Shown in pieces: positions 11,007-26,700 of a stretch of 64,000 bases of DNA. Within the stretch, counting starts at the first letter, position 1. Every line of letters starts with the position of its first letter. Under the pieces are notes generated by a model. It saw only the letters and a list, made by a program, of their open reading frames with translations, ran no database searches and was not told where the DNA came from. The position numbers were made by a program, and so were the translations under genes. This stretch comes from Tubulanus polymorphus (lineage: Eukaryota; Animalia; Nemertea): assembly GCF_964204645.1 (NCBI RefSeq), contig NC_134029.1:6634001-6698000 (forward strand), in the 5' to 3' direction.

Positions 11007-14000
11007 TCATTGTTTTAACCATTTTGAAAATATTGCCAAAGCTGCATCAAATGTTCGTAAACTAGAGTGCGTGCCTCTTTGAAGTAGCAATAAAGACCCG
11101 CTTTCTGCGACGAATCCGGCTGAGTGCAGTTGTTTAGCTATTTCATCTGTGTTGATGTACTCATGTGGCTGGTCGATGCTCACTTGTCGACTGACTAGAT
11201 ATTCTATAACTTTGGGATAGTAATGCGAACGCACAGTACTCGGCGTTAAGCGACATTTTAGTAGCAGTTCCATGAACTCTTCACTATCATCGAGCACCTG
11301 TTGGACAGAAAAAGTAGAGCAGTAAAGCAACAATAAGTACGGTATTCGTCAACTCAATTTAAGAGGTTTACAAAGAAAATATGTTTACGAAAAATACATT
11401 CAAAATATGTCACTTGGCAAAAATTTGTGTGAACAATTTTATGAATTGATGACTATGCACCCTAAACAATGCGATCAACATCATACGTACGGCTTTATGA
11501 GACTGGAGTTCAGAAATGGCTAGTTCATACAGTTCACTGTAACCACTGTGAAGCACAACTTTAATAGCACATACTGACTGGTCACTTTCTTTCAATAGAG
11601 TAAATAATTGTCGGATGCACTGAAATATAGAATCATTGCTAAAATTATTTTCAGAAAACGTTCGATACATATACATGACCGTAAACAAAATGATTTTGTA
11701 TAAGTAAAGGCTAAAAAAATTGATACGTTGTTTCTCATATCTGCTAAACTTAAAAGTTGACCCAGCCAGCCACCTATCTAACCTGTACATTAAAAAAAAA
11801 TCTTGACCAGGCTAACAAAAACAGACCAGGCAGCTATAGATATGCACCGATTACAAATTCTACTGCAGTTTTCTTAAGTGACCATGCTGATCAGGAGCAA
11901 TAAGGTATCATTTTCTCTAAGCCTAATTCTGTGTCATTTCTTTCACTGAGAATCTTATTGCAGTGAAATACCATATCCTCACCTGACTAGATAAAGCTGA
12001 CGTAGGCTGCAACGATATGACATTTTCGAGCACGGATTTTCCAGATTCGGGATACTTCTTTACCATCTCCGACAGGACCAAACACCATGGATTTACATCG
12101 GGATTACTAAAAGAAAAATTAGAATTAACAATATAACGTGAAGCTGCCAACAAGAGATAGCTATTACTTATTATCACTAATACCGAAAATACATCCTTTT
12201 TATGTATTTTTGCTAATACACCTCTACAATGGTAGGTTATTTCCGTCACCTTCAATTGCCATTTTTCTATAACGTGAACGATAATGGGAATTTTTTATCC
12301 AGTATTTGTCCTCAACAATGTGCTTCTCAACATTGGTATCTAGGGTATAGTACAATAACACTTCACTCAAGAGAGGGGTAAACTATCCAAGGTCAACTGC
12401 CTATGTAATGTCAAGTAGTCCGATACCTATCTTATAAAATGAACATATACATTTTGTACAATGTTTCTTTTCTGTATTGAAGAGTGTGTAGACAAACAAA
12501 TTCTGCAACCTGTGACAAGCCACCTGAACATGAACCATAAGCCATAATGTTTACCTACATACGAGCCCACTTTATCTGGCCAAAGGATCATGATAAGAGA
12601 TCTTTCATCAACGTCCGTGGTGGACTCTTTAAGTTAGGAAAACTCTGTATCGTTGGAAAGTTGAAAGTTAACACAAAAGGTTTAAACAGATTCGTCAGAA
12701 ATGGAATTCATTCATAAGCCCAAATTTTGATTCTCGATTTTTAGATAATCTGGATTAATCTTGTCCAAAAATCCAATTAATGGGAATAAAGGGAGCTAGA
12801 ATATTTTGCAATTATAGATACTTGTACATGTATTGACAAATACTCACATTCTTCACAATCAGAACAGAAATGAAGAATAAAAGAGATTTATTGGCATATT
12901 GTAAACATCTTAGCTTAATGTCGAACTTTTTGAGTGCATACATTTTATAGATCGCCTGAAAAAAACATGAACTTTAAAACCATGAATCGAAATTTTCATA
13001 ACCCACCTCGCTTCAGCAGATTTCAAAGCAGGCCATACAGAAAGTAGATTGCACAATGAGAGTAAATGTTTCATGCTCGTAGATTCGGAGAGTAACTTCT
13101 CGAATATTCGCTGTCTGTTGTCATCGGACTGTACCTCCGACTCGGTGACCCGGACGTTCGTCCAGGAATCGTTCACGATAGCCTCGCTTCGATAGTAAAC
13201 CAGCAGCGATGAATCTGCCTCCTCCAACAGGAACGCCTGTCAATCAGAGAAACACGAAACACGTTAGTTCATCCTTGGAATGGTGATAGGGTGTAAAAAT
13301 CTGAGGAGGTGGGTCCAGGCTGCAGATTGTTTAACTTACAATGACAGCAAATACCTAGCTTAGATTAATTACTCATAGAAATACCAAATTTACCTGTTCC
13401 AATATTCTGAGTATTTCAAGTCGTGGTTGCACTGATATTTCACTGTCTGCAGAAAAAGGTCTCAGTATCGACATCACATCTTCTTGAGTCACTATATCAC
13501 CTCTGAATTCAAATGATAATTCACTTAATACAATCATCAAAATGAATAAGTAAATTTAGTACAGTGTGAACTAAAGATGTTCATAAATTGAGCGAAATGA
13601 GTGAAAAAACTCACCCGCATTTAATATGCTCAGCACACGATTCGACAATCTTCTTCAGGGCATGGACTGGAGCTGTTTCACCGAGTATTTCACTTCGTGG
13701 TTCAGGTTGCCTAATACAAGAGTATCAACAATTAGATACATAGTATCGCAAAAAGCCATAATTCAAAGCGGCTTGAAAGTTCACGTACCTGACTGACTGA
13801 ATGATATGATTAATAGCCTCTTGGAATACAGTTTTTGATGACCACCTATCGATAGGAGCCACATCCAGAATATCCTGTATCATATCTGGTGTCTGTCCAT
13901 CTATGACCATTGTCAACAGAAGATTGGATAACTGTAAATGAAGATCCAATTTGAGTCTACTTTGCTACTGGGTACTTCATGGTACAACGCAATTTCAATT

Positions 14001-17000
14001 GTCCAAAAATCGAATTCATTTTCAATCCAGCCATTGAAATAGATTTATTAGTGCAAAATGCACCCTGTTAATTTTGCAGAAATAGAACGTACTTTTTCAG
14101 GTTCAGAACGACTGGAATCGAACATGTCGGCGTAACCCTTGATAGTAGCATCCTCGGCATATCGCATGGCAATGATCGTATCCTGGGCTAAACGTTCAAG
14201 ATGCACCTGAGATCGAGTAAAATGTTCAGACGCCTCTTCCCATGTCATTTTCACCCTTCAAAAGGAATCGAGAACATTCAAAATACCCTAAACCTATATG
14301 GATCAAGCCAGTGCCGGTATTTTTTTTGGAAAAACTTACGGGTCCAGTTTTTTCTTTTTGCCGCCTTGTTTACAGTATTTGGTAGCTCTACGCAATATTT
14401 CAGCACGACACTCATCGGTCAGTGAGCGGGCTTCGGCGCTGAATGTCACCCCATCGATGAACAACACCATATCCTCGGGGAGTAGTCTCTGCTGCCACTC
14501 TGAACACGCTTCATATCTGTGGATCCATTCACCCTGGATATCAAGCACAAAAAGCTATTTCATGAATTTACAAGAGGCATTCATCTGTAGGTAAATGGCA
14601 AATCATCTTACCATGTTTTCTGGTCTTTTCTTAGCACGCTGATCGCCTTGCCAGAAAAATCTTTTTGCCCACAGCGCGTAAATACTGCTAGGCTTTAGAT
14701 GTCCACCGTTCTATAGTAAACAAGTATGAATGAAGAATTTGATTTGACCCGACTTGCTTTGTTTATTAGTAAAATATAGAAGAAATAATTGACCTTTTCC
14801 GAAAAATCCTCAAACCGGTAATTAGTTTTAATTTGTGGTTTCGTTCTCACCTGATCAGGAATCCTGTTGGCTAGTTTTGAAAGAACGCTAACATTGTTCC
14901 CCGTGACGCAATTTCCAAGTACAGTCAATGGATCGACAATTCCTTCCATCAAATTCTTGTAATTCAATCCTAGAATTCAAATCATTCAATAATGAGTACC
15001 TAATAATTAATAAATGTGCTCACCAGCTTTGAAGAATGTAACTTATAGATACAAGACCAATAATTTGTAATTTGTTTGACCAATAGTTTCCCTTCAAAAG
15101 GGGAGGCTAAAAATGTAACAAGCCATAGGCAACAATGGCTCTCAGGCTCATCAATCCGTCATTACTGATGTATGCATGAGGCACTCCGAAATTACCATGC
15201 GTCAGTTCCCATTGCATTTTGCATAGATATGTTGTATCTAGGGCCAATAGCTAGATTTTGTCAAGAAAACTTTTTGAAGACACACTGTCAGACAGACAGA
15301 GCAAAAATAAGGGTCTTGTAATGGAAGCCTGAGAACCAACAACACTTTTTACGATGCCTGGAAGAGTAACTAACCCGACGTGGCTGGCATTAATTTTCTC
15401 AGTATTTTAACATGACTATCTGGATCAATTCTTTCGTCATGTTCGTCGATATCCAGCAGTAATGTGTAGTAATACAGATGTCGAGACTGATCAGTACCGG
15501 AAATCGTCGGATACACGTACGTATTCATTCTTTCCCAGAACTTACGACCCTGGCTTTTCAACAAAGGCAAAATTTGTAGTTTCTTCACACGTGTGTCGAT
15601 TTCAGTTGTCGATAACCTGTTTGTTAGCGAGAAATAAGATTATGAAATACCCACAAATGTTGTTGTGCAATTGGGTATTCTTTCAGATTCATTTGCCAAT
15701 CAATTTAAAATAGATTATCATCTCAAAGCTTCTAAAATCGGACTTTTTGACACGTACCCGCTTTCTGAGAAAAGGAACTCAAGATGTGTCATGTACAGAT
15801 CCCATAAGGGTAACTCATATTTCTCAGCCAGAGAAACTGCTACTTTCATCACATTTTCATCAAGAGTCCTTAAAGAAAATGACATATTCGGTAAATATAT
15901 GGATTTAAATACGGCAGAATACCGGGTAAATGGAATTATTTATGTGTTAAGAACACTCACATAACAAGTCCAAGAATTGTTTCTTCTTTGTATTCATTAT
16001 CTTGAGTAAACCTAGCCACATCTACACCTGTCATACAAAGAATTACATAATCCAATGAATACTGAGAACGTATTGAAATGTCAGATTCTAGACCTTCTTA
16101 AACAATACAGACCTTTTCCTAATTTTTGTAGCGTCTGCGCTTGCAGAAAATCACTCAATAGATCGCTGTATTTGAGCAGTTCCACGCCGAGAAAATGCAT
16201 CTCTTTCGGTAATTTTTTCACTCCCTTTTTAACCAAAACGTGCACGATCTCCATCGGAAAATGACCGTACAATTTGTTCCAGCGAGGTTCGTTGAACGGT
16301 TTCAGTTTGTTGTAAACTTGCAGCGCGTAGAAATAAGCGGACAGCTCGAGAGTCAACTGGGTTCGCGGCAGCGAACTGAGACATTTTTCCGCTTCGGATA
16401 TTTCCGATAGAGCGAGCAGATATGCCAATGCTAGAGTCGTATCTTTGGCCATCGCATCACGAGCCAGTTGAAGTAGCACTGCAATATAATCAATGTGGCA
16501 TCAAGAGTAATATACATGTACTATATTCGAAAATGTACTATACAATACTATACAATTCAGACCGACTTCAAGTAGATTTAATACCTTCTGTAGCAGGGTT
16601 CTGACTTCCGCCTTCGGTTAAGGTTTCCTCTAATTTCGCAGTTCTTAGCAAAGCATGGTTGGTATCATGTTCAATACTGGTACACTGGCCAGTCCTATAG
16701 TTCACTGAATCCTATAACACCGCAGACAGTATGAACTCAAATGGAATTAAAGCAGTGAAAACGTTCACAAGATCAACATTAGAGGTCTCTTTACCTGATC
16801 AAGATATGCGTTTTCCATTATATCATCATAGAACGGATGGCAAGCGAATAGCTCTAAACTTTTATTATTACGGGACTGATCATCGCTACCGCTTTCTCTA
16901 TCAACACGACTTGGGGTAAGATTACTCAGCGTGCTGCTCCACCAGTTTTTATCGCTTAGAGCCGAAAGCACAGTTCGCGTAGTTTCTGAAGTTGTCGACA

Positions 17001-17657
17001 GAAGTTCTTTGGTTTGTTGTAGTGCTCCGGCGGGTGACAGCACACTGGGTTTCGACACACAGCCACCGTCTGCTGAATCAGTCCCTTTCACTTCAGTTTG
17101 CAGACGTTCATACAACATCTGAATGATGTCGAATAAAATACAATCAATTCATTCAAATTCTTGAATTTCAAACAGGTAAAATACGCATATGCTTAGGTAT
17201 AAATAGACGACAGACCTGAGTTTCGAGAAGCGAACGAGCCCTTAAAATTGGTTCGATCATATCCGGTGTACAGTGAGTTACAGCGAATGACAGTAAATCA
17301 AATCTAGAAATATATTTCATAGTCGAAATAAACAACACTGACTTCATAAATACTGCTACCATATCGAAATGCTCAGATTCTTACTTAGGTTTGATTTCTT
17401 TGAAATCTGTGACTTCTGCTAGCTGTTTACATTCCTTCCAGATTGGAGCATAGCCGGCATCCATCAGTTTCATACAGACTTCAAGGGCAGTTTTATGATT
17501 TCCACCCTGCCATCAAATAATAGGAAGAATGATAGAGAACCACTATCTGGGTTGGAGGCAAATCCAAAATTGGACCATGGAATGAATTACGGAAGTAGTG
17601 ATCTTCTCTGATGATGAAGATAACTCAAAAATTCGAAACTGTCAGAATAGATTGTTA

Positions 17658-17708
<51 letters not shown>

Positions 17709-20700
17709 GGATCTTATATAGCGCTAAATCCAGCTAAGCTGCTCAAAGCGCTTTACAAATTATAAAATGCCTCCTTAAAAAGGAAGCATTTTAGCTGCTT
17801 CCTGAATCGTCAACTTTGGCTCATTACCGGAGTAGTGTTGATTCCTAACTATTCCACTAAAGAAATACAGAATATGGCATGCTTATAAAGGTAAGTGTTT
17901 TTCTACCTTAAGCGCAGCTTGAGCCACTAACTGTAAGACTCTTCCATCTCGTTCCACACTATTTTCAGCTTGAACACGTAACAAATATCCCAGTTTCAAC
18001 AGCTACAACAGAGAACCATACAAACATATCCATCCGATACATAAAATTTCAATTTTATCAAAACATCTGTGACTGGATAACTAATTTCTCAATTTGGTTT
18101 ACAGTGACAAAAATTGATTCAACTACGAATTGATGGGTATTAAGGCAGATGACATATATTGAGTATCCGGTACAACTGATTTACCGACACTTACTTTAGC
18201 CTGGTTGAAATAAACACTAAATTTAGCATCAATAGCTTGCTGAATGAGTTGAAGTCGATCTTTACATAAACGAACTGAAATAGGTCGAATTATACAAAGA
18301 TTTAGAACTGTTCAATAAAGTCGATCTAAGTTAAAAGCGGGCTAGCTAAAATACCTTGTAATGGAAGTATTTTCAGTCCACAATCGTCGAGAACTGCTAG
18401 AGCCGAGATCAAATCTAATTCTTCTATTATTTCGGGGTGACAATCGTGAATCAATGTTAAACACGATCTGCAAATTGAATAATTGAAAAATGTAGTCACG
18501 TTTTGAAACTGATTGAAATTTATTCATGTTGTTTATTCTTGGAGATAATATATGAATGGAGGTAATTCGAGAGTGAGCACCATTCATAGCCAGTACCTCG
18601 CAAGTTCCATGCATGGATCAACAAGATTTGTTGATGAATTGAAGTATTCTCTTGCAGCACTGATGACAAGCTGCACGGCTTTAGTGTAGCTAACTTTGTG
18701 TTGTACCATAACGCTGGGTAGGATGCCCGTGTCCGTACTGTCACGAGTTCGTTCTAGCGTTTCTCCAGCTAGTGTAATACATTCACGCCATCCCGAACAC
18801 AACAGACTCTCGGTAAATATCTGCAAAGGCATTGAAATAAGTATGAGAGTGGTTAATATCAAAGTGTTTCCCCAGGTAATCCCGATGGAAAAAAATGAGG
18901 CATTTAGACATTCTCAGTTTACTAACGAAGGCCATACCTCATGACAAAACTTAGGCTGCATACATTTGAAGACATTCGTGCATAATTCTAACATATCGAG
19001 TTGAATTTTCTTCCACTCCATCTCTGTCGGAGGTGGGGTCCTAAAATGGAATAAGCGGTAACTGGAATCAGAAAATCATTTTAGTCTTTTGGCAACACTA
19101 CGGATACTCGTTTCTGGTAATGCAAGATCTGATTTCAATAAATCGGTCAGTGTTGGTTGCTATAAGGAATACCTTCTTCCAGCAGATCGAGATAACCGTG
19201 TCATCAAATTCTTAGTTTCTTCAAAATCACTCTGTAACATTAAAGTAAGAGTACAACTATGTTTATACGGTATACTAAATCAGTGTACTAAGCCTATGTA
19301 CATTGGTGTATGCTTTTACCTGAGTGTCTTTGATGTATTTCAATGTTTTTGGCAATTTGTTTTTTTCGAGGATATCGGCAGCTTTCAGATGCTGCTCCAA
19401 CTCATCTATTTGCTGGTGTAGCCGTAAAACCTCAGGCTTCGATTTCCTTTCATAAAGAAATTACTTTACTATGAATATAAGTCAGTTTTGCACTTAAAAA
19501 ATCTTGCAGATTGAACTTACTCGTATCCTTTATGAGGTAAACAGTGGAGAATTTTGAATGCTATGTTCAGCTGGTCGTCGCGTTCACACACGTACAAACA
19601 TTCCAGCGCTAACACCATGAATTCACAATCATCAGCGATCACTCTGTTTTTCATCTGTAACACGATTGAAATGATGGTAATTTTATAAATTTTGAAAGAA
19701 TATTTCATTATGAAGCATGTACAAAATAATAGATGTTAAATCAATCAAACATTAAATCAGGTTGGACTCAATTCGATGTACAGTCATAGGTTAAATTCTG
19801 GAACCAGTTGTTCAAAGGATATTAACCAATGGACGTAGTGACAATTAAAGGTTCATTGGATACTATCTATCTGCCGATTATCTTCAAACAACTTTTGAGC
19901 AACTGGCCCTTGGCGATTCTATGACCTTATAGCCAAAATTGTCTGGAAAGTATCTCTGGATCAACTCTGCAATTAGCTTAATTCAAGAAGTGAGGATCTC
20001 AATCTCAGTGGATAGCATACTTACGCCGACTTTCGAATTCTCGAATATCTTCACGACCTGAACAAGATCGGTTTTAGCCATGTTAATGACAAACTCTCGT
20101 AGTATATCTCGGCTGCTTCCGGCAGTGTTTGTCTCACATCGTGACAAAAATGGCACCAGCCACCTCCAAACATTCTTCTCAAACATCTTTTCATTCGACT
20201 AGAATTAAGTACTACATAATTAGTAGTCGGAGCAGTGGGAAAATAATGAACACAAGGTTCCTACAATTCCTGGTATCCAGAATTCAAGGACTTTTTAAGG
20301 AGTAATTTTCAAAATTCAAGGAGGTTTTCGCGGTCATATAGGCTATAAGGAAAAAAAGTCGAAAATTCAAAAACAAAATTCCCGTTTTTCTCAAATTTTG
20401 ATCAGTTGTTGTGTGTGCCGTTTTGGTTTTACCAGTACATGTCTAAATCTCAAAGTGAAACAACTTTCGTTCACAAGTCACACAGTGAAGAATAATAGAA
20501 TACACTGTCTTCTGAAAAGGACCTTTTGAAAATTTTTAATAGGACTTTCCCAGAATTTAAGGAGTTTCAAGGAGTTTATGGATATTTCTCAAAATTAAAG
20601 GATTTTCAAGGACCTTGAAAAATATTTTCAAAAATCAAGGAGTTTTCAAGGATTCAAGGAGTTGTAGGGACCCTAGAACAGAATGGAAATCAAAACTTTG

Positions 20701-23700
20701 GTCTCATGGAAGCCTGAGTTCGACTGAAGCCTTCAAACAGCGGCTCCAGTCTACCTAAGTGCAGTTAAGCCTCTATCACCCGCTAACGAAAAAGCCAGAA
20801 TTGGTTGCTGTTGGCGTTACTCATCAAGATCAAGATCAAGCCCGAGAACCAATAATGCTGATGACAGCCAGTATTTTCAATCTCCTGTCTTACCAGAGAC
20901 ATCAACAGTTGTAGCTTATCTAATTCTGACATAGAGCGTATATCATCGAACTTAACGTCCTCACTAACGTAACCTTCAAACACTAACGTTTCCATAGTCA
21001 GTAAATCATTGTAGACTGACTCCAAGCCCTAAAACAATGAGAAATATTCAATTATCTAACAATTTAAGTAGAGGTGGAATAAATTCACGTCTTAGAGAAT
21101 TGGGTCTGGAACAAATCAGCTGTATGAATTAGGTTTAGTTGACCTAAATGAAAGTTAAGGCATCATTGAAGAAATTTAATTCTTAAATGTGTAATGTGAC
21201 TGACTTGAATATTCAGAATAGCTGACCTGTACACCACGCTCCATAGCGAGTTTCATTAAATCAATACTGTGTTCGACTTGTCGCGATAGTCGTTCAATTT
21301 CACAAGCTCGATATGAATACCATTCGGTCAAATCAGATTTACGCAAATTCACGCCCCTGAAATACCAATGAATCAGTGGTTTTGTCTGAAAAGCTGAATT
21401 CAAGAAGAAACTACTCAATTTGATGAACGTAGATGTTTTTTACTTACTTGTATTGAAGCAGTTCGGGATTTTTTTCGTAAATGAAAGCTCCCAGATCAGC
21501 AGGGTTTGGATCTATAGCCGACCTTAAAAAATTGATATGAAGCGTAAAGATTATCTGAAAGTATTTGAAGATGCTGGTATCACAGTGCCAAGCAAAGCGG
21601 TAGGCAACCTTAGCTTACTTGCACGGGTCGATTTCGCACCAATCTTTTTCTCTCCATTTCTCCGTCTGCCATGGTTCGACATCGGGGTCATCGATTCTCA
21701 TACCGGCCTCGGGGAGAAGCGATCGATACTCATCGGGCGCCGACGTTTCTGGGAAATTCGACAGGATACCGAACCGGTGTGGCAACACATCCTCGCCATG
21801 ATACGTAAATATACAATCAACCGCTTTCCAATCACCGTTCTAAATAAGATTTACAGAATAGGGTGAATTTCAATAAATGATTTTAGAACGCATGGGGCAT
21901 AAAGCGAAAGTGCGAAAAAAGATCAGCAGTGTTTAAATGCAAAACTTGTTTCAATGGTATTTCTGATGGGGTTAACACTGTTTTCCACCACATCCCGATT
22001 TATCAGTAAAATCATGTATAAATCTATATTAACTTGAATAAAGACTTCTTGGCAATACAAAAAGTAAAATAGATTACAAAATTTTGCTTTCAAATTAAGT
22101 TTGATATAGGCATTGATAGTCCTATTCATTTTCATCTAATATTACAATGTACACCTGAAAAAACTCCGGATAAAAAGCCCAGCTTTTTAAAACAAAATGC
22201 TCGAATTATTGGCTGGTTACGGGGCTTATGAACAGTGGTAGTAATTTTACGAAGAACCTCGAACTGTAGAAAATACATTTTTTAATGGTAGAATTTACCT
22301 GAGCGTATTCTACGGCAGCTTCGACAATATTCTGAGAACGGAATTTCTTGAATAAAGTGTGATCGTAACGTTCATCGGCTATGTGAGTTCCACCCAGTAT
22401 CATCTGCAACCGAAATCATTGTGAGTAATACATCAAGAATAAAGATACTTCGATCGGTTAAGGAAATTATGTAATCATATTCATACCTCATAAGTTGACA
22501 AACGATCTAAATACTGTAGTAGTTTAGCTCTAGCGCGGCATAGTTCCCTCTGTTCAAGGGTGAGGCTGTAAACAACACAAACCATTAGTTCTTTTAGTAT
22601 TATTTATACAGTCTAATTACAACCAATGTTTTTTTGTAACATGGCAAACTAGCAAACCATACATAGTATCTCCTTGTCAATAGGTTTAAGTTCGGTACAT
22701 ACCAGGCAAAGTTTACTTGTTCCAAGAATTCTGTTCTTCGCATATCTTCGAGCTTCTTCAGGCGATTTCGATGGATTTCTTCATCTTCATCGTAATGTTC
22801 ATCCAAGTCCTCGTAATGATGTACGTCACACAGTATGAACCTACGTTCAAAGAGAAAAACTATTCATATTACAAGATATTCATTTTGTTTCAGAAAGTAA
22901 AGAGAGCCAATTGCCCTATGTCACAAACTTTTCATGCTAAGATCATTAACTAAACTTACTTTCCTGCATCTGTGCCTTTACCAATAGCTACTAAAGCTTC
23001 GGCATCAGTTCCTCTCAATCCATACTGTAGCAATTCTCTCATCGCGTCTAAACCCTCCGGAACGCGCTCCAGGCATTCGTGTAGCACCCACGCACGCTTA
23101 CTAATCTTACTCTGGTCGCAGAAACAAAAATAAAATTGTATGCCATATTGTCATGAGATCCACTGAAAGGATTATAGCCACGGAGTAATCTAGTATCTGA
23201 TATCATATGAAATTCACTTACAAGATAGTCTTGTATAGACGCTACAGATACTGGTGTTTCTTCCCTCCATTGTCTTTGATAAACTAAATCGCAGTCGAGT
23301 TTGTAGGCTTTCGCCAACATCAACGCTTCGCCATACTCTTTGTCATCAATCTGCAAGAAAAAACAGCTGGTCAATATCTTTGTAGTTGATAAGAAGCAAC
23401 CATTTTAACCGAAAGCTGGAAAATGTACCGGTACCTTTCTGGCATAGAGCTCTTCGGGAGTAGTCGACTTCAGACCGAACAATCTATAGGTGCGATTCAC
23501 AACTCTACAAAAATTAGGTATACATAATCCATAAGTTAATTCAAGAATCTTTCATGAGTAGGGTTATAATCTCTATTCGTTGATTGCAGACACCTTAGGA
23601 GTATTTTCACTTGAAATCAACAAGAGTTATGTATATGAAATTTGCAATTCAAATGTTCCATTTTACAATGTCTTAAAATTCTAAAACCTTGCACGTTTCC

Positions 23701-26700
23701 TCGGAGGGGTGAATCGTTCGCTGTCCGTCACGTAGTAGAGAACGCTTTTCATATAACCGGTAGTTTTCTGTACGATACCGGCATCTTCATCATCATCGCT
23801 GTCATCATCATCTTCATTCTCACCATCTGACGATACGAGTCGACGTTTCATACCAGAATATTTACATTCGCACTGAAAACCGGAACAACTTCGATGAATA
23901 TCTTTCATTCTGCTTATGTCTTTTTTACCTTTTATCTGAATTCGTTAAACTGTGGTACGCCTACAATCACACTCCATTAACCTGTTCAGTGCTGACTAAT
24001 CAATACCCAAAAGTACTGGAGATAATTTGAAAAATTCCACCCCATTGCATAGAATAATGGGCGCCTTAGTGCGTCTACACTGCGGTGCATCATAAAACAT
24101 GTAGTTACTTATCTTCAACAGTGTTTTCAATAGAGACCATGATATGATGTAATTGCAAAGTTTATCACCGATTAATACACTTCATTGCTGTCTAGATACA
24201 TTGAACAGGTTAAGTCTTCATCAGATAAGTCATCACTTTTTTTGAGTCACAATTTGTATTTCAAATTCCCTTCGCCAAATGTTAGTACCGGGTAGTCATT
24301 TTGACAAAATGTCACTTTTTCCAAAGTCCTATGAGTGACTAGTTATCCGAGGTCGACCGAAAAATTCTCAACAATATTTTCAGACCAATACATACCTCCA
24401 GTCCGATGAAACCGCCTTCGTGACTCGTTGAAACACGAGGCGAGGGTTCTATCCATTCGGGTGATGTTCCCAACAGATTTTTCATTGTGTTGATGGATGA
24501 TACGGTTAGCGCTCCATTACCTCGAGCCAGAATCACAGCCTAAAATACACCAGATAAATGTCAGTTATCTTACCAACTCGCAAACCATGAATTTCCGAAT
24601 CAAGGAGACTTTCAGGCACTCAAAAAGCGATGCAGTAAACTTTTTCATCGGCAGTGCAAAACAAACTACATGTACAAGTTGTATTTTATCCATGGTTTTC
24701 ATTTTCAAAGAAAATAAAATAAGAAATCATAAAATAATCTTATGGACAGTTGGATATCTGTTAGAAACATGTGATTTATTACCTCTTCCGACCACCAATT
24801 AGCATCGATTAAACTAGGAGACAGGTTCAAATCTGAAAAACGATGACAGTATTATTCTTCAATCATTCACCATCAGGAATATCAGAGGTTATCAAAGTCA
24901 TATTTTAAGGGACATTGTGTGACATATCTAACCTTTTATAGCTTTTCGTCGTTGCATATTTTCTACAATGTTTGGATTTTGTTCTTCGATACCGGGTTGA
25001 TCTTCTTGTTCCCAGATGTTTCGCAGTTTTAAAGAGGGTACGTCCCACAGAGCGAGTTTACCCGACTGATGTAAACTGACCAATGTCTTACCGCTAGGTG
25101 ATAAACATAACCGGTACAGTCCGTCCTGAAACAATCAATTACGTAGCATCATCTAAATTGATGTTTCCGTTGCTAGTTTGTTTAAGAAAAAGTTCCACAT
25201 CGAAGGCTATAATCTTATTAGGCCTATGCCATACGCCATATTGGGAATATGCTTGGAACTTATTTGGTTGCCTTTTCACTAGGTTTCAAAACATTTGGAT
25301 TACTCAAGTGTACTAAAGTAACTAATTCTAATAGATTGATAAATACATTAACGATGGATGAATTTCTTAAGCTGTCACTACTTAGATTTAAAAAATGAAA
25401 CTGGCATTCTTGACAAGTCTAACTTCAAATTCATAAATGTCATTGATTGGAGCTACAATCTCTGCTTAAAGCTATTTTCAATTTGTACTTAAAATTTGTA
25501 ACTTCTCTTACATGTTTTTTTGCTGACCATTTGTATGAAGTGACACTGCTGGAAATCCTAGATATAAAACTTTTAGTCCTCCGCTAGAAAAATATACAAA
25601 ACCCATTTTACAGGTATATTCTGGCATTTGTACATTAAATGGAAATGTTGACTTTATTCTAACTGACCCTGTTTCCATTGTCTTCATAGTCTGTCACTAA
25701 TTTCCAGTATGGCGGTATGTCCAGAGGACGCCAAGCGGTAATCCCATAATCCTTGGCAATGGGATTCACAACGTTATGCGTCTGTTCGGTGGTTCCTCCG
25801 ACAATAATTAGCTTGTGCATTGGGTGATAGATGGCATTACTGATACCATATGGGTACTGGCTACTTAATGAGAAGCTGTATGATTTTTTATATCCACTGT
25901 CGGCGCTGATCAGATAACTGGTCAGGTTGCCTTGGAAAGTAATAACTATCAATTCTTGAACCCTACAAAAAGACAAAAAACTAGCTTGATAGATACCGCC
26001 AAAAATTAATCTGGGGCCAATACAATGGGCTCAATTTCACAGTTAGAGGGGGCTTTATCAGACACCTTTCAAATGATACAGTGCTTGTAATCATATTTAT
26101 GAATACAGCCTTTAGGCCTGCACCATGTCCATTACCTTATACATAAAATGCAAATATCAATAATAATGTAAATCAATAATTTTGTAACATTTATATCATA
26201 TGAGAATAAACTTCTCTAAACTTCTCATATGCTAGAAAATTATTTTCATATATGTAGTAAAGTAAGAACAACATTTAAAAGTGTAATGGTCTATATAAGT
26301 GTTATAGTTGAATTCAATCTTACCAATCACTGGATTCTTCCGGTTTGAATGCAGTGAAAAATAAACCAGCTAATGCTCTGCTCAGGTCGATCGGCATATT
26401 CGGGTTATAAGAAGTTATCTGCAAAAGATCAATTACCGGTAATAATAAATTAATAGAACTATCGCTTCGACGTTTTAAATAGAAGCTCGACGAATAGAGA
26501 ATTTTTGTGTTTACGCTGAATATGTTGCATATTTTTGTGCCGACCAAATCGAACACTTCAATGTTGCCCGAACTGTCTGAACAAGCGAACATCGTATTAT
26601 CGGGACTCCACGCCATCGTACGCCATTGCGGATAGTTATCACGCGCGATCGTACAGCGGCCGATCACCGATCCGAAATCATCTCGCTGGGATCTGATCTC

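Noticed and set aside
20281-20660. Repeated TTCAAGGA units as a CRISPR-like array
   Set aside because: Short, irregularly spaced subrepeats inside a MITE in eukaryotic DNA; no cas genes.
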